NCBI GenBank assembly: GCA_012295275.1
Contig: CM022665.1
Location: 13,702,001-13,766,000 of the forward strand
Direction: 5' to 3'
Length of the DNA: 64,000 nt
DNA from: Chrysomallon squamiferum
Lineage: Eukaryota; Animalia; Mollusca
The notes under the pieces are model-generated. The model searched no databases and had not been told where the DNA came from. It saw nothing but the letters and a program-made list of their open reading frames with translations. Of this stretch, positions 33,246 to 46,214 are shown one piece after another (position 1 is the first letter of the stretch; the number at the start of each line of letters is the position of its first letter). The translations under genes were made by a program, and so were the position numbers.

Positions 33246-35529
33246 ATGCATTCTCTTCTTCCAGATTTTAATAAAACTTTTTGCAATGATGCTAAAGTTG
33301 CATCATCTCCAAATGATTGTTCATGGAATGAAGACAATAAAACCAAACATAAGGAAACAGCTAATAGTCATCAAAGTTTATACGATTCACACATGACATT
33401 CAGTAATGAAGATACCACAAATCAATCCAAACAAATAAAAAGACGTCGACAAAACTCACAACAAAATGATTACCCTGGCATTTTGAATGGATCCATTTGT
33501 GACAAAAAGCTTGGAATTCCAGCAAAACGAGCAAAGAAATCTTGCTTTGTAGTAAGAGCAAAAGAAATGCAAGCTTTCTTTGGATTACTATGTAATTTTA
33601 TCTTCAAAAAATGTTTTATTACTGTTTTAATTATTTGTTTTAAGGTTTGATCACACTATGCTATATTTTAATAATTAAAGGAAATTATTTCATCTTAAAA
33701 AAACCAATAAAATATATTTTGAATTATGTACCTAATTCTTAAATTTAAAAAAATTATTTTTGAATTTTTAAAGATTTTTAATTATTATTACCTTTTTTGG
33801 TTTTTAAAGCTGACGAACTTATTCAAGACTTTCTTGACGTTGATAGCTGTGTGAAGATTGCTGATAAGGTACTGACTGAAAATAATTAATTTAATTTTAA
33901 GATCAGTGCCTTAAAATCAATTGAACAGGTTTTTTCTTAGGTATGAAGAAGTAATTCTATTTCATAAAGTTAGCATCCTCTTGTACATTTATTTTTTCAA
34001 ATCTAGATTGCTTCTCACCAGCTAATTTATTTTTATGAGTAGATCAATTGTCATAAAACATTATCTGAGAGTCATTTTATGGGTACTGTTTGATGAAATT
34101 TTAATATATATTGTTTAATAATAATATATATATATGTGTACTGTCTGATTATTATTTCAAAAATTTGCATCATAGAATTATTTTACCTTTTTCATTCTTT
34201 CAGTATCTCCTGGCAATGGTTTTTGCTTATTTCAAGAGGGCAGATTTCTCTTTACGAGAATATTCAAGATCCAACTTTTTCATAGCCCTGTATGTAACTC
34301 TACATAATAATTATATTTTACATAATGTCTTTGTTTCAAATGAATGGCATTCAAAAAGAAAACAAGGTTTAGCTAAATTTGTAAATAAAATTGACATCCT
34401 TGTGATGCACCATTTACATTTAATACATTTAACATACTTTTTATTTTTTTTAAACTAATTATTTACTTGTTTTACAAAAATTTGTTTGCAGGTACCTTGC
34501 TAATGATGTTGAAGAAGATGATGAAGAAATAAAGTATGAGGTATTTCCATGGGCTTTAGGTAAACGATGGAAAAACAAATATCCTGAATTTCTTCGAAAG
34601 AGAGACAAACTTCTAAAGAGAATTGATTACAGAGCTATTGTTAGCAGGAGATGTTGTGAGGAGGTGTGCTGATGAATGATAATGAATTTTTATAAATATC
34701 CAGATCAGCAGCAAATATTAGAACTGAAATGAAATTCAAGATGCTTGATCCAAAATAGAAAATAGCCTTTGAAATCTTGTGAAATAAATTATTCTAATAA
34801 TTGTATTTAATAATCTTTAAATGTCATCTACAGAATATTTTTCTATTACTACAGTACTTCAGCATTTAAAATGTTTATTTTAGATTATGGGAATACAACC
34901 AGACCATTTTATCTGGAAACGAAATCGCCCTGAACACCATTCAGGAGCTATTCGGGCCTACATGCATGATCCTGATGATGATGGATATCCCAGAGGTCCT
35001 TATGCAACTCCACGTACATGTTTTGAATGTGATGTTACAGACAGTCAGTATGATTCTGCCAGTCCTGCCAGTGTGTCTTGGTATGTCTCCTCTGCCAATA
35101 CATCCCCTGCAGAATACACTGAATGTGCTGGCTCAGGCTTTTCCAGTTTTGACATGAAAGGTGTGGCAAAACAAAATATGTACTTTTATGTTATAGTTCT
35201 ATTACACAAACAAAGCCATTGAACTGAATAATATAGAATCATTTTTTGGAACTTTCTTTGAATATTAAATATTTCAAATGTTTACTAGGTCATGACTTTC
35301 AGTGTTTTAATTATAAAATTATTATGTGAACAATGAAATTGGGTAAAGAAATAATGTAACAACTTAAAACTTTAATTTTAGTTGTTGATGTATTGTTCAA
35401 AATCAGTGTTTCAGATGCTTTAGTGATGTTAAATTTAATTACACAGAACAATTTAAACTGCTTTTAGGACTTCAGCAAACTTTGATGTCTGGAAACAGTG
35501 ATGATGTTTGGCCAACCACTGAGGAATGA
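33246..35529 (+). CDS. SPDYA: Speedy/RINGO family atypical CDK activator (Speedy A-like), about 333 aa
   Basis: Exons 33246-33591, 33810-33868, 34204-34289, 34492-34663, 34884-35160, 35468-35529 (1002 nt, in phase). Speedy box: EMQAFFGLLSDELIQDFLDVDSCVKIADKYLLAMVFAYFKRA...[31 protein letters not shown]...IDYRAIVSRRCCEEIM...HFIWKRNRPEHHSGAIR. The start codon and last exon are less certain. A probable non-coding upstream exon ends near the AAG/GTAATT donor at about 32720. Confidence 0.9.
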
Positions 35530-35910
35530 AAAGTACAAGATGGGACTTTTTGTCAAAAATTAATTATACTAAGATTTATTTCAAGCTGTTAAATTCAAAT
35601 TACAATTTGATTTTTAGCATTTAATTTTGAAATGTATTTATGAAATTGTTGAAATAGTAGGTTGTTCATTAATATTTTCCTTCATGACACACATTATAAA
35701 ATACCGAGTATAGCAGCTGATTTACAGATTGTTCTATATTCAGAATCACATAAGTTCACTTGACAAAATATTGTGAATAACAAACCAGTGTTCAAATTGT
35801 TAAAAATGTATTTATAATCTAAACTATAATGAGTTGATTTTGTTCCATTTACTATAACAATAATCACAACAAAATCGATTATAAGAATTAATTTTGTTTG
35901 TATGTATGTA

Positions 35911-35913
<3 letters not shown>

Positions 35914-35941
<28 letters not shown>
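35914..35941. repeat. (GA)n microsatellite
   Basis: Direct read. Confidence 0.9.
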
Positions 35942-35946
<5 letters not shown>

Positions 35947-37294
35947 ACGAAACAATGGTTGTATTGTTGAAGAAAAATGGTAAATATTTCTCATTGATTG
36001 GAAGCTGTTTGTGATATTCAAATTTACTTGCTTCATTTATAAACCAAAATATTGAAAAGAAGTTTATTATGAACCATGATGGTTCTGTGAACCAGATTGC
36101 ACTAAAAGAATACAGATAAATATAAACAATGCCAAACTTTGAATCAATCTTTCAATCTAGCATGTCTGTTTTAAATGGCCAATAAATTTGATAAACTGTT
36201 GGTTTGGTTTTGTTGGTTTTTTGCTGGTGGTTTTTGTTTTTTTTTTTTTTTTTATCTTATTTTATTTATATTTAATAGGTAATTGGTACATTATAAATAA
36301 AAACTCCAAAACACATGAATTGTGGAATGTGTTTTAATATCAAAAGCAAATATTACATTCTCAAAAATAAAAATTTATATTCCAATTATTGTAGTTATTA
36401 TGGAATGTACAGCCATGTATAATTAAGTATACAGACACCTATATATATATAAATTAAATATATATATAAAAAAAATCTTCAAAACTACTTTATATAATAA
36501 AAACAATATCACAACATGTCAGCTGTATGTAAAGAGATGTTAATGTTTTAAATATAATATATAATGGATGATATCACTTCAATGACTTTCAGCCAGTATC
36601 TTGGCAGTCATGTTTTGGTATGATTACATGAAATATAAATGAAAAATGAATGATTGTATGGGCTCAAATTAATGTCATGAATGTATCCAGAAAATATTAA
36701 ATAAGCAATACTCATGCCACCTTTGTTTTCTTCAGCAGCTTTTCACAGTCATTCTAGTGATTAAAAACATCAACCTAAGATTTGGAAATTAGGCCTGCAA
36801 TTTCTCAACATTCTTGAAAGCAGCATTTCAAAAATTCAGAAAAAAGGTATTGTTTTAAGAACCAGATTGTAATTTACTGAGTATATTAAACCATTTTCAT
36901 ACATTTTAAACTACTGAAATCTATGATTAAAAAGTAATATTTTATATAACATTTATTTGCAGTTGTGTGTTTTTTGAATAAGCACTGGGTTTTCAAATCT
37001 GTAAAAAAAACTTTGAATTGTTAGTAGTTTATTATGCACATCCATTTAGCAATAGAAATGAGAGGACTAACTCACATATATGACATTTGGTTACTTTCAG
37101 TTTACACATGTTTGTTTCCTCTATTTCTGTTTTTAAATAAAATTTTATATATAATTAACATATATTTATTAGTTATCCTATGTTAATTTCCTAATCAAGT
37201 TACTTTTTTATTTATTGTAATGAAACATGCACATAGGGTATACCTTGTTCCCCAAATCCTTTTCTGTAACACTAAAAACATTAAAAATAAATTA

Positions 37295-39001
37295 TCATAC
37301 TGATTTATTAAAGCCCCAGAATGTAAGAGTGGAGCTCAAAGACCTCAAACTAATAATATGTTTTCTTGAGTACACCTTGTGACAAATACATAATCTTCCT
37401 TGAACAAGCAACACAATGATTCCAAGCAATAAGAATCCAGTCAGCAAATAATGAACTTTGATAAAAGTCTGAAGAGACTGAAAAAAAAAAAATTTAAAAA
37501 TGTACTGGTCTTCTGAAACAATTTCTGACATGAAACACCTTCAATGCCAACTTAAAAAGTAAAAACTAAATTTGTGGCTCTAATAAACTGTTCATACTTA
37601 ATTTCTTTTTTTACACATTTATAACAGAATAAAATTCTAATGGCTTTTGTAATTCTGTATTTCATTTGTACTAATGTAATTTTTTTTTCCTTTCTGTCCT
37701 TTTTGTACTGTAAGAAACTTCTTTGTGTTGCTTAACTGAATAATTACAAAATAAACAATTAATTTTAATGAAAAGATAATAAAGAAATGAGAAGAAATCT
37801 TATTTAACATAAAGTTAATGCTTTCCATAATTCAAGTATTTAGAGCACACACATAATGCATTCATTTTTCAATTGACAATAAAAGACAAAAATGTTTTAA
37901 ATTATCAATAAAATCAGGTTCTTTGTCAATCCTGGTTATTCATGTCAACATCATGGATTATATCACAATGATTAAAATAAACAAGATCTGTTGAAGCACA
38001 TACAGTAGACCAGCAATCTTAAAACTGCAATATTTGGATGCATGATGATGTGCTCTTAAGCATTCAAATTATGCATTTTCTTATTTAAATAAACAGGCAT
38101 TAATCTTACCAACACTCTAGTAAATTATTGGCAAATGCTATAATATCAAATGATTAACAAACATTTATATATTCACAAAAAATAATGAGTGTATTATTTT
38201 TAAATAACTATATTTTGAAAATAAAAAATTTAAAATACATATAAATATAAACAAAAACATTTCTGAATAAAAAAGTATAATAATGGTAGTAAACTCACAC
38301 TTACTTTCATTTTGTAGTGAGTGGCAACTGTCACATGAGATATTTTCCATTCAAGAGCAAACTGGAACAGAGTTACATAAAGAGGATGAACTTCAGAGAT
38401 CTCTTTCTGCAGAGAAAAATAAAATAAATAAATATCAATAATAAATAAATAATAAAAATCCATGCAAATTTTGTTAATGGGATTTATGGGATTTTTTTTT
38501 GGGGGGGTGTCTTACATTACTATTATTATTCTTCTTCTTATTATTATTTTTAAGATTACTCTTCATCAAAATAATGTTGTGCAACAATAATTAAAAATGA
38601 ACTATTGATACTTTATTTATTACATAAATGAAAATTAATTCATTAAAGCACCTTAAGGTATAAATGTGACTGGGATTAAAGTTTGATTTGTTTACCTGAA
38701 GTCGGTTACTCTGAGGGTTAAACTGGTCAAAGCAACTTGGTCCAATATGATTATTTTCACCCCAGAGTTCAATGGCCAGAGATAATGGAATCTTAAAAAA
38801 TAAACTAGTAACAGTGAATGAATGTTTAATAAAAGAAAATATCAGCATTTGGGTAAAAAAAATAGTTTGTAATAAATTGATATACATACTTTTATATCTC
38901 TGATAATTTAGTGAATTGTGGTATTCCCACATCCTAAGTAACCATGTATTTATATATATATCTACATACACACATTTCTTTGCCTCCCTCTTCTGTTCAG
39001 A

Positions 39002-39041
<40 letters not shown>

Positions 39042-41185
39042 TCATCCAATATGAGAAACATTCAAATAATAAACCAAACTAGCAAGCATTGGTATCTTAC
39101 ATGTTTGACACCAGCCATATAATCAAATGATGTCCCATCAGCAGTGTAATCTGTTAATTCATAACTTCTGCCAAATGGGTATTTGTGACTTGTACAGACC
39201 GACAGCTGAGATGCTAGTTCAGTCATCGTGTTAAAATTGTCTGGAATTCGATGGGTTAGTTTTGACCGAGTATCTGTGACAATTACAAAACAAAAATAAA
39301 GCTGTTATGCCAATTTAACATGAAACAACAAGCAGTTCATACTTTGTATTCATGAACGGTATATATGTCTTTTTCACAAATGCACTAAAGTTGAATTGAA
39401 ATCACTAAATTCATAAGAAAATAATGTTTTAATTATTTAATGAAAATTCATTCACACCACAATTACAACAGTGTTTTAATGCAACAAAGTATAAACTTCT
39501 GAAAAAAGTGGGAAAATGCAAATATAGTTGTATAAAACTTCAGCTAGAACTGTTAAAGATAATACAACCAAAACAATTATTGTTTCTACATTAAAACAAA
39601 TCGATTTTACGAATATCTCACCAGCAAAAGGAAGAAAAATCTGACGAGCTCCAGAATGGAATGAAATGAACACATCAAAATGTTTCTTTTCTGTGATTGT
39701 GGTAAATACTTTGGTTTCAGGTTCTAGACAAAAAAAAAGAAAAGTGACTTATTTGTGACAAACAAATATGAAAATGCAATATCCTAAAACTATATCTTTA
39801 CAGAATTCTATGCCTATTTTCATATCTAAATAAATCAGAAATAAGTAGAACTAGCCAAGACCATATAGAAAAGCAGATCATTCTGAAATTTTTTAAACTA
39901 TAATACAGTCTCAGCCTCAAAACACTCTTGAGATATCAACAAATCATGGATTCAGGCTGCTGTATCATACTAAAAATGTACACAGTACCCAAAACATTAT
40001 ATATGTCGTCTGTAGCTGACCTACATTTTGGGGGCCCCTCAAGCTTGAATCGTTATGGGCTCCTTCACAAGCACCATGAAGTCTGGGTAAAAATGATCAT
40101 CTTCTTCCATAGCTTGTTCCATAACAGATTTTTAAAATTTGGCCACATATCTGATTTTGAAGTCATGTGGACTAAGTTGATTCTGGGGCCCCTCTGGATT
40201 TAGAGCTTAAGCTTCATTAGTTTCATAGTGGATCCACCCCTGGATATCATTTCTGTTGGCAATTAGATTATCTTCTCATATAATAAAAATTATACTGATT
40301 TTATTTTGAATTAATGAAAATGTTACCCATTATTGATAACATAACCAAAACAATTATTGTTTCTACATTTAAATACAAATTAACCTTTATTTATTTTTAA
40401 TGAAATAATATCTCATGAAATATGATCCAAATTTTTTATGCTGTTTGCACAAAATAAATGTTTATTTTAATCTTCCTTCATGGAAAAAAATTAATCATCT
40501 CCAACAAAAATAAACCTGAAAATGATGATGGTCCTCTATATTCTTCATCATTTGGATCTGAGGAACTTCCTTTTTTTCCAAACTCCCAGCCAAAGTTTCT
40601 GTTGACATCAACACCTTTACTTGTCCCTCTCCAGCAGTAATTGTGTGACATTTCAATATAAGATCTGCCATCAGGGTTAACCATAACAATAATATACAAG
40701 TCAAAAAAATTTAAACAATTTTGTGAAAATCTGTACTGAAAGGTATCTGGGGAAAATAAAGATCCTTGAGTGATATTTTCAAGTAAATAAATCAAACTTT
40801 CTGTTGGGAAAAATTCTCTTGCATGTTCACCATATGAAAACAGTATCTGAACTTTGTTTACTTCTCTGCCATCATGAATAAAATAATTTTTATTTGTAGA
40901 AAAATTTGTGACATGAAGTAAGTATTGGGGCCTGTTTTGAAGGGACTTGTAATCCCAATCTATTTTAACAAAATGTGGAAACATTAAAGCCAGATTCTGC
41001 AAATATTTATCTAATGTAGATAAATTGTGATATATTTTGTAGTCAGGAAGGTACTGTTCTTTCTGTGGTTTCACATCTATTCCATGACCACAGTAAAGCC
41101 ATATCACCAAAATAAACAAACTGGAACATGAATAGATACAGTTTAAAAACCTCCCAGAGCTACTTGGAAAAATCTGTCTTGTCAT
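37295..41185 (-). CDS. Peptidase M14 zinc carboxypeptidase-like protein with N-terminal signal/anchor and C-terminal transmembrane segment, about 441 aa
   Basis: Exons (minus) 41185-40516, 39723-39622, 39273-39101, 38791-38696, 38406-38305, 37477-37295 (1326 nt, in phase). Zn ligands GEHARE (HxxE) and SFHSG; VNPDG; CWRG..GVDVNRNF; YRGPSSFSEPE; ADGTSFDY; catalytic Glu in LAIELWG. Hydrophobic stretches SLFILVIWLYC and YLLTGFLLLGIIVLLV. Confidence 0.88.
39005..39039. repeat. (CA)n microsatellite
   Basis: Direct read. Confidence 0.9.
40010..40242. mobile_element. Probable non-autonomous DNA element (MITE-like) in carboxypeptidase intron 1
   Basis: GC-richer island with two GGGGCCCCTC blocks, ending GATCCACCCCTG; nearly the same end (GATCCGCCCCTG) occurs at 58497-58508. 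Left end degenerate. Confidence 0.45.
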
Positions 41186-41319
41186 TTTGTCGTGATTAAA
41201 AAGTGCACCTGTATTCAATGCAGTTATTCATGACATTTTCGCTGAAAGAAAATGGAAAAATAAAACATTATTCAGTAGAATTAATATGTGTGTGTGCGTG
41301 TGCGTGTGCGTGTTTACTT

Positions 41320-41322
<3 letters not shown>

Positions 41323-41375
<53 letters not shown>
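41323..41375. repeat. (GA)n microsatellite, preceded by (TG)/(TGCG) repeats
   Basis: Direct read. Confidence 0.95.
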
Positions 41376-41379
<4 letters not shown>

Positions 41380-42294
41380 ATTCACGATCTTGGAATAATT
41401 CAGCACGACCGCCTATTTTTTAAAATCAGATTAAAGATTTAAAGTTAGACTCTAAGAGTAACTGCAATTTGTACAACTCATCGTCAACTGGATCCACTTT
41501 TGTCTTTTAGAAACACAAATGGGAATATTCAATATACACTGTAACACTTGTTTGTATTTATGTTATAAATAATTATGCCTACAAAATTATCAAATTTTTT
41601 AGATTTTTTTTTTTTATATGTAAACCAATCAAATCATATATATATATATACATTCTTGATTAATACGAAACTACCAAATTTCCTGAGTTACACTAAGTTA
41701 AAAATAAACACGTCTTTTAGGCTCACCCAAGATAGGTTTAAGCGGAATGAAGATCTTCTTTCGTATAAGGTTTAAAAGTGTAACAGTTGAGTATGAACGT
41801 TGGTGAAACTTTAGAATAAAATGATTAACTAACATTAGCTTTGTTATTTTAAATTTACATAAATAAAATAGCAGTATTATCTGATTAAGACAAATTATAA
41901 TGAGATGTCACAAGGAACTGTTGCTTTTTTCAATTTTCTTTTATAGTTTAGTTACTATAGAATACTATACATTACAGTCCACAGTATACTTTTTACTAAA
42001 CAGTCACGAGACTCAGAGGTTAATTATTTCTGAAGTTATCCCATTAATTATTAATATAAATTATTGTCATCCTTAATATTCTGAAGGGAGCTGCTGGCTG
42101 TAATTTTATTAGCATATTTGATTAATTTTATGAGTCGTGAAATTGATAAGCTAAATTATAACGATGGGCTTACCGTGTTTACGGCCTTAAAATTAATAAA
42201 TGTTGGGTACAATTAGTTAATTTTGACCTGGTAAAATAATTGAATATTTTCTGTTTAGATGGTATTTACAGCAGTCGTGTGAGTTATTAAATAA

Positions 42295-45200
42295 ATGGCT
42301 ACCAAAAAAGTGCCTCAATACTGTGAACCAGTGACTCAGGCATTCAAGTTTGGGCCATGGACATTGTCATCAACGAAAAGTCATATACTTGAATCAGAAG
42401 GAACTGATAGAAAACTGTAAGTATATTCATATTTAAAACCTTCTATATATAAAGGATTTACACTAGATTTAAAAAAAGATATTGAGTTCAAATGAAAGTC
42501 CTAAGATACAATTCAAACACACCTATAAATTATAAAGCATTTAAGCATAACCATTGTATCTACACTTCTTATGATTTTAAACTGATATGAATTGGATGGG
42601 ACTGATATTACTGCATATAATATATTTCAGTTATAATTTTTGAGGTGCATAAAAGAACAGACAAATTATTTTTTCATTTTCGTCTCATAGATTTGAAAGT
42701 CAGTTGACACTTCCACAAATCCCTGACATGGTTTTTGCAAACAATGTGCTGCGTGTGGAACACGCTGATGGTTTTGGTATTGAATTTACAGCCCTTGATG
42801 CACTCAAACTTGTGGATTCTCAAAATGATCCTTATAAGGTGGCTTCCTCAGACTCATGGCAGGAAGCTAGGTATATTATGAAACTATATAATAGTTTATA
42901 TTTTGTTATTAAAAACAGTATATATATCTGTATATATGTACACCAGTCTACCATTATTATTATATTTTCTATGGTTAGAAAACAATATTTGAAACACAAA
43001 CAGTGAGTAAAAATTACAAATTTTGCTTTAATACAATGTATCATCTGTTACTAGTGTGGATAAATTTAGTTAAACAAGTGAAAATGTAGCTTTGTATTTC
43101 TTTTTATTGTGTTTTATAGTGATACTACTTCATAATCTACAATTTTTATTTATTTTTAAATGTTTCTTTCATTACATGAATACATTTTTTCATAAATCAG
43201 TAATACAGAACAAATCTGTATTTTTGTTTCAAATTAATTTTATTTAATTATTTGGTTTTTGTGGGGGTTGTTTATTTAGGTTTTTTTATATTTTCATTTT
43301 AATTTATTTATTTATTTTTGTTTGTTTAGATCTGAATGCGAGCATATTAAGAAAGTTGTGAAGCAGTTTGACTGGACCTTTACTACAGACTATAAGGGTT
43401 CACTTTTTGGCAAAGACACAAAGCAGATGGAGGTTTAAATTTATTATTATGTATATGTATATGTATATGTACATACATGCACACACTCACTCACACATAC
43501 ATGTAGTAAATTACAGGTCAATAAAAAATAAAAGTAAGGGCACAAATATTAAAGTTTTAAACATGCTCAGTAAGAATATTTATGGAGTACATATTAGTTT
43601 CAGAATTTTACACAATATTGTATTGTGACATATAGATTGAAATGCCATTTGCAGTTTCCTGTTTAGAAAAAAACAAACTCTATATCTTTAGTAATTATAT
43701 TAGTGCAGTTATAAGCTGGTTATTTACTTGGGAAAATAAACTTTTACATTAAACCATATAATTTATGCAGTAACAGAATGTCACACATAATTTTATCATG
43801 ATAAAAATAAATTCTAAAATAGTATATATTTTGTGCTATCTGATTAGAAACTGTAACAAGCATAGAAAACTTAAATAATCATTAATGAATTGTTGAAAAG
43901 AAATATTAATTATTTTAGTTTGAATAAAACTATCTATACATATTTTAATCAAAATTGGTCAGATGCTCCTTGCAGCTGTGTTTGCTGTAATTCAACTCCT
44001 TGTCTTTTTATGACCAAGCAATCTGTAGTTTTTAACTTACTTGATCTCCATTTAAACAAAGCAAAAAACTGTTAACAAACAGAGTGAAAAATTCATTTTA
44101 CAATTTAGCTGTTTATAGTTCATTAACTTTAAATCTTTCATCTCATAGCCATACATTTCATACATAAAATAATTATTTTTACATAAAAGAAGAAATTTCT
44201 GGACTGTTGGATTATGAAGTCATTCTGTGTAATATTCAATATAGTTATTTTTACCAGCATTCATCTGTTATGTTTATCTGGTTCTAGGTGAAACCCACCA
44301 CAGAAAGAATAAATACTGAGAAGTTAAAGAGAAGAGAAAAGATTCTTTTTTATGATGACAATTTATTGTTTGAAGATGAGCTCTCTGACAATGGGTGTTC
44401 AGTTCTTAGAGTTAAAATTGTAAGTGCTGTCAGACTTTTTAGAATTAAGATTGCAAATATTCTGATCATGATTGATTAGTTCACAGAGTTAAAATAATAT
44501 TTATATGGTTTTTAGAATTAAAACTAATTATTCTGGCAATAATTGTTCAATATTTTGTATTATGATTGGAAGAACAGACTGATTGATACTGATGAATTAT
44601 ATTGCATTAAATGAACATAGTGATAGTCTTCTAAGAAATAATAATTATTTTATTTAATAGTATATAATGAAGATTAATTACTCTAAATTCTATTTTCAAA
44701 GATTTTAATTTATAATTATAGTCCTGGAAGCTACTATTTTTTAAATTATTTGTTTTTAATTTTTTTTAATTTTTTATTTATTTTAACTTTGATATTTAGT
44801 TTTGTTGTTGATTACAGAGAGCAATGCCAACAGGTTTCTTCATTTTATTGAGATTCTATATGCGTGTTGATGGTGTTATTGTACGACTAAATGATACCAG
44901 AATATATTACGAGGTAAACAAGATGTTTATCTGATCTTTAATGAATTCAGGTTATGCATGTTAATAATACTATAGAGTTTAAAGAAAGGTTTTCCACTGT
45001 AGAGCTATATACAGTTTTTTGTAGCAGCTGGTAATACAAACTTTTTAAAACCTATCACGAATTATAAGTAAGTTTAAGATATCTTGAATAGGAGATAGCT
45101 TTCAGTAATACATACACATAATGACACAGCAGTTCTGTAACACTGTTTGCATCTATATGCGTAGATGGCATTATTAATGTAATGCAAACCATTAATATCA

Positions 45201-46142
45201 GAATGTCTTGTTAAATATTCATATGGAGTAACAAATACTCATATATGACAAATATCCACAACTATAAAATAAGAGTTTGAACCTAGAAATAAAGTACACA
45301 TCATTTTACTATCAAGCTTTTATTCAACACAGATAAAGAATCTAGCTGCTTTAATGATTTAAAAAGTGTAATAAGAGACCCTCAAGGCATTTATACACCT
45401 TGCATTTATGTGACTTTTTGGATGTGTGCAAGTCCTTGTTCTATTGTAATAATATAAAGATAATGCTAAAATTGATAATGACTATTGACCTTATTACATT
45501 ATTTTATGAATGGTAACAGTATGGAAACAACAGGCATACACATGGCCAAATAAACTGGTACAAAAAGAATATAAGTAATAATTATAATTTAGGTTACTCA
45601 GTTACTGTAAAATGCTCACACATTAATTGATCAATAATACTGATATTTATTATCACCTTGGAGCATGTGTGTGACACACACACACATACACATATATATA
45701 ATTTTAACTGTTGTTTGTTACTTTTCAGTTGGAAAATAATTACATTTTACGAGAGTTCACAAGCAGAGATGACAAAATTGAAAATCTGAAGGTACAAAAT
45801 GAAGATTATGCCATTAGTTTTATTCATGTCATTTAATTTTGCATAATTATCATTTTAGCATTATCTTTATATTATTAATTGTTTTTGTTTAAATATTAAT
45901 TTGCAAATACACATATCTCTCTCACAAACACAGTCCCACTAGCCCAAATTATACATAAAGCAGATACAAAGATATTTGAATATATCCATTAAACTTTTTT
46001 CTTTTTTCCTCAGGTACCTATGCACATTCTAACAGATCCAAACGAAATTTCAGACTATCTGACCATCAGACAGGAAACGTTTGAAAAGCTGGAATTCCCT
46101 GCAGATGTTTCAACAAATTCATCATCTGAACAATCATCATGA
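42295..46142 (+). CDS. TIPRL: TIP41-like protein (PP2A-family phosphatase regulator), about 274 aa
   Basis: Exons 42295-42416, 42691-42870, 43330-43432, 44288-44419, 44818-44913, 45729-45791, 46014-46142 (825 nt, in phase). Motifs: [96 protein letters not shown]. Confidence 0.96.
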
Positions 46143-46176
46143 TGTAAAATCCCTAAATAATTTTTTTTTTTTTTTT

Positions 46177-46214
<38 letters not shown>

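Noticed and set aside
35530-36400. CPE/Pumilio control elements in the Speedy 3' UTR, as known for Xenopus RINGO
   Set aside because: U-rich words are present but no more than expected in this AT-rich sequence. I saw no clear TGTAHATA cluster, and the UTR end is unknown.
41186-41218. N-terminal extension MNTGALFNHDK of the carboxypeptidase ORF in the track
   Set aside because: It starts at TTG, not ATG. The first usable in-frame ATG in good context is at 41185.
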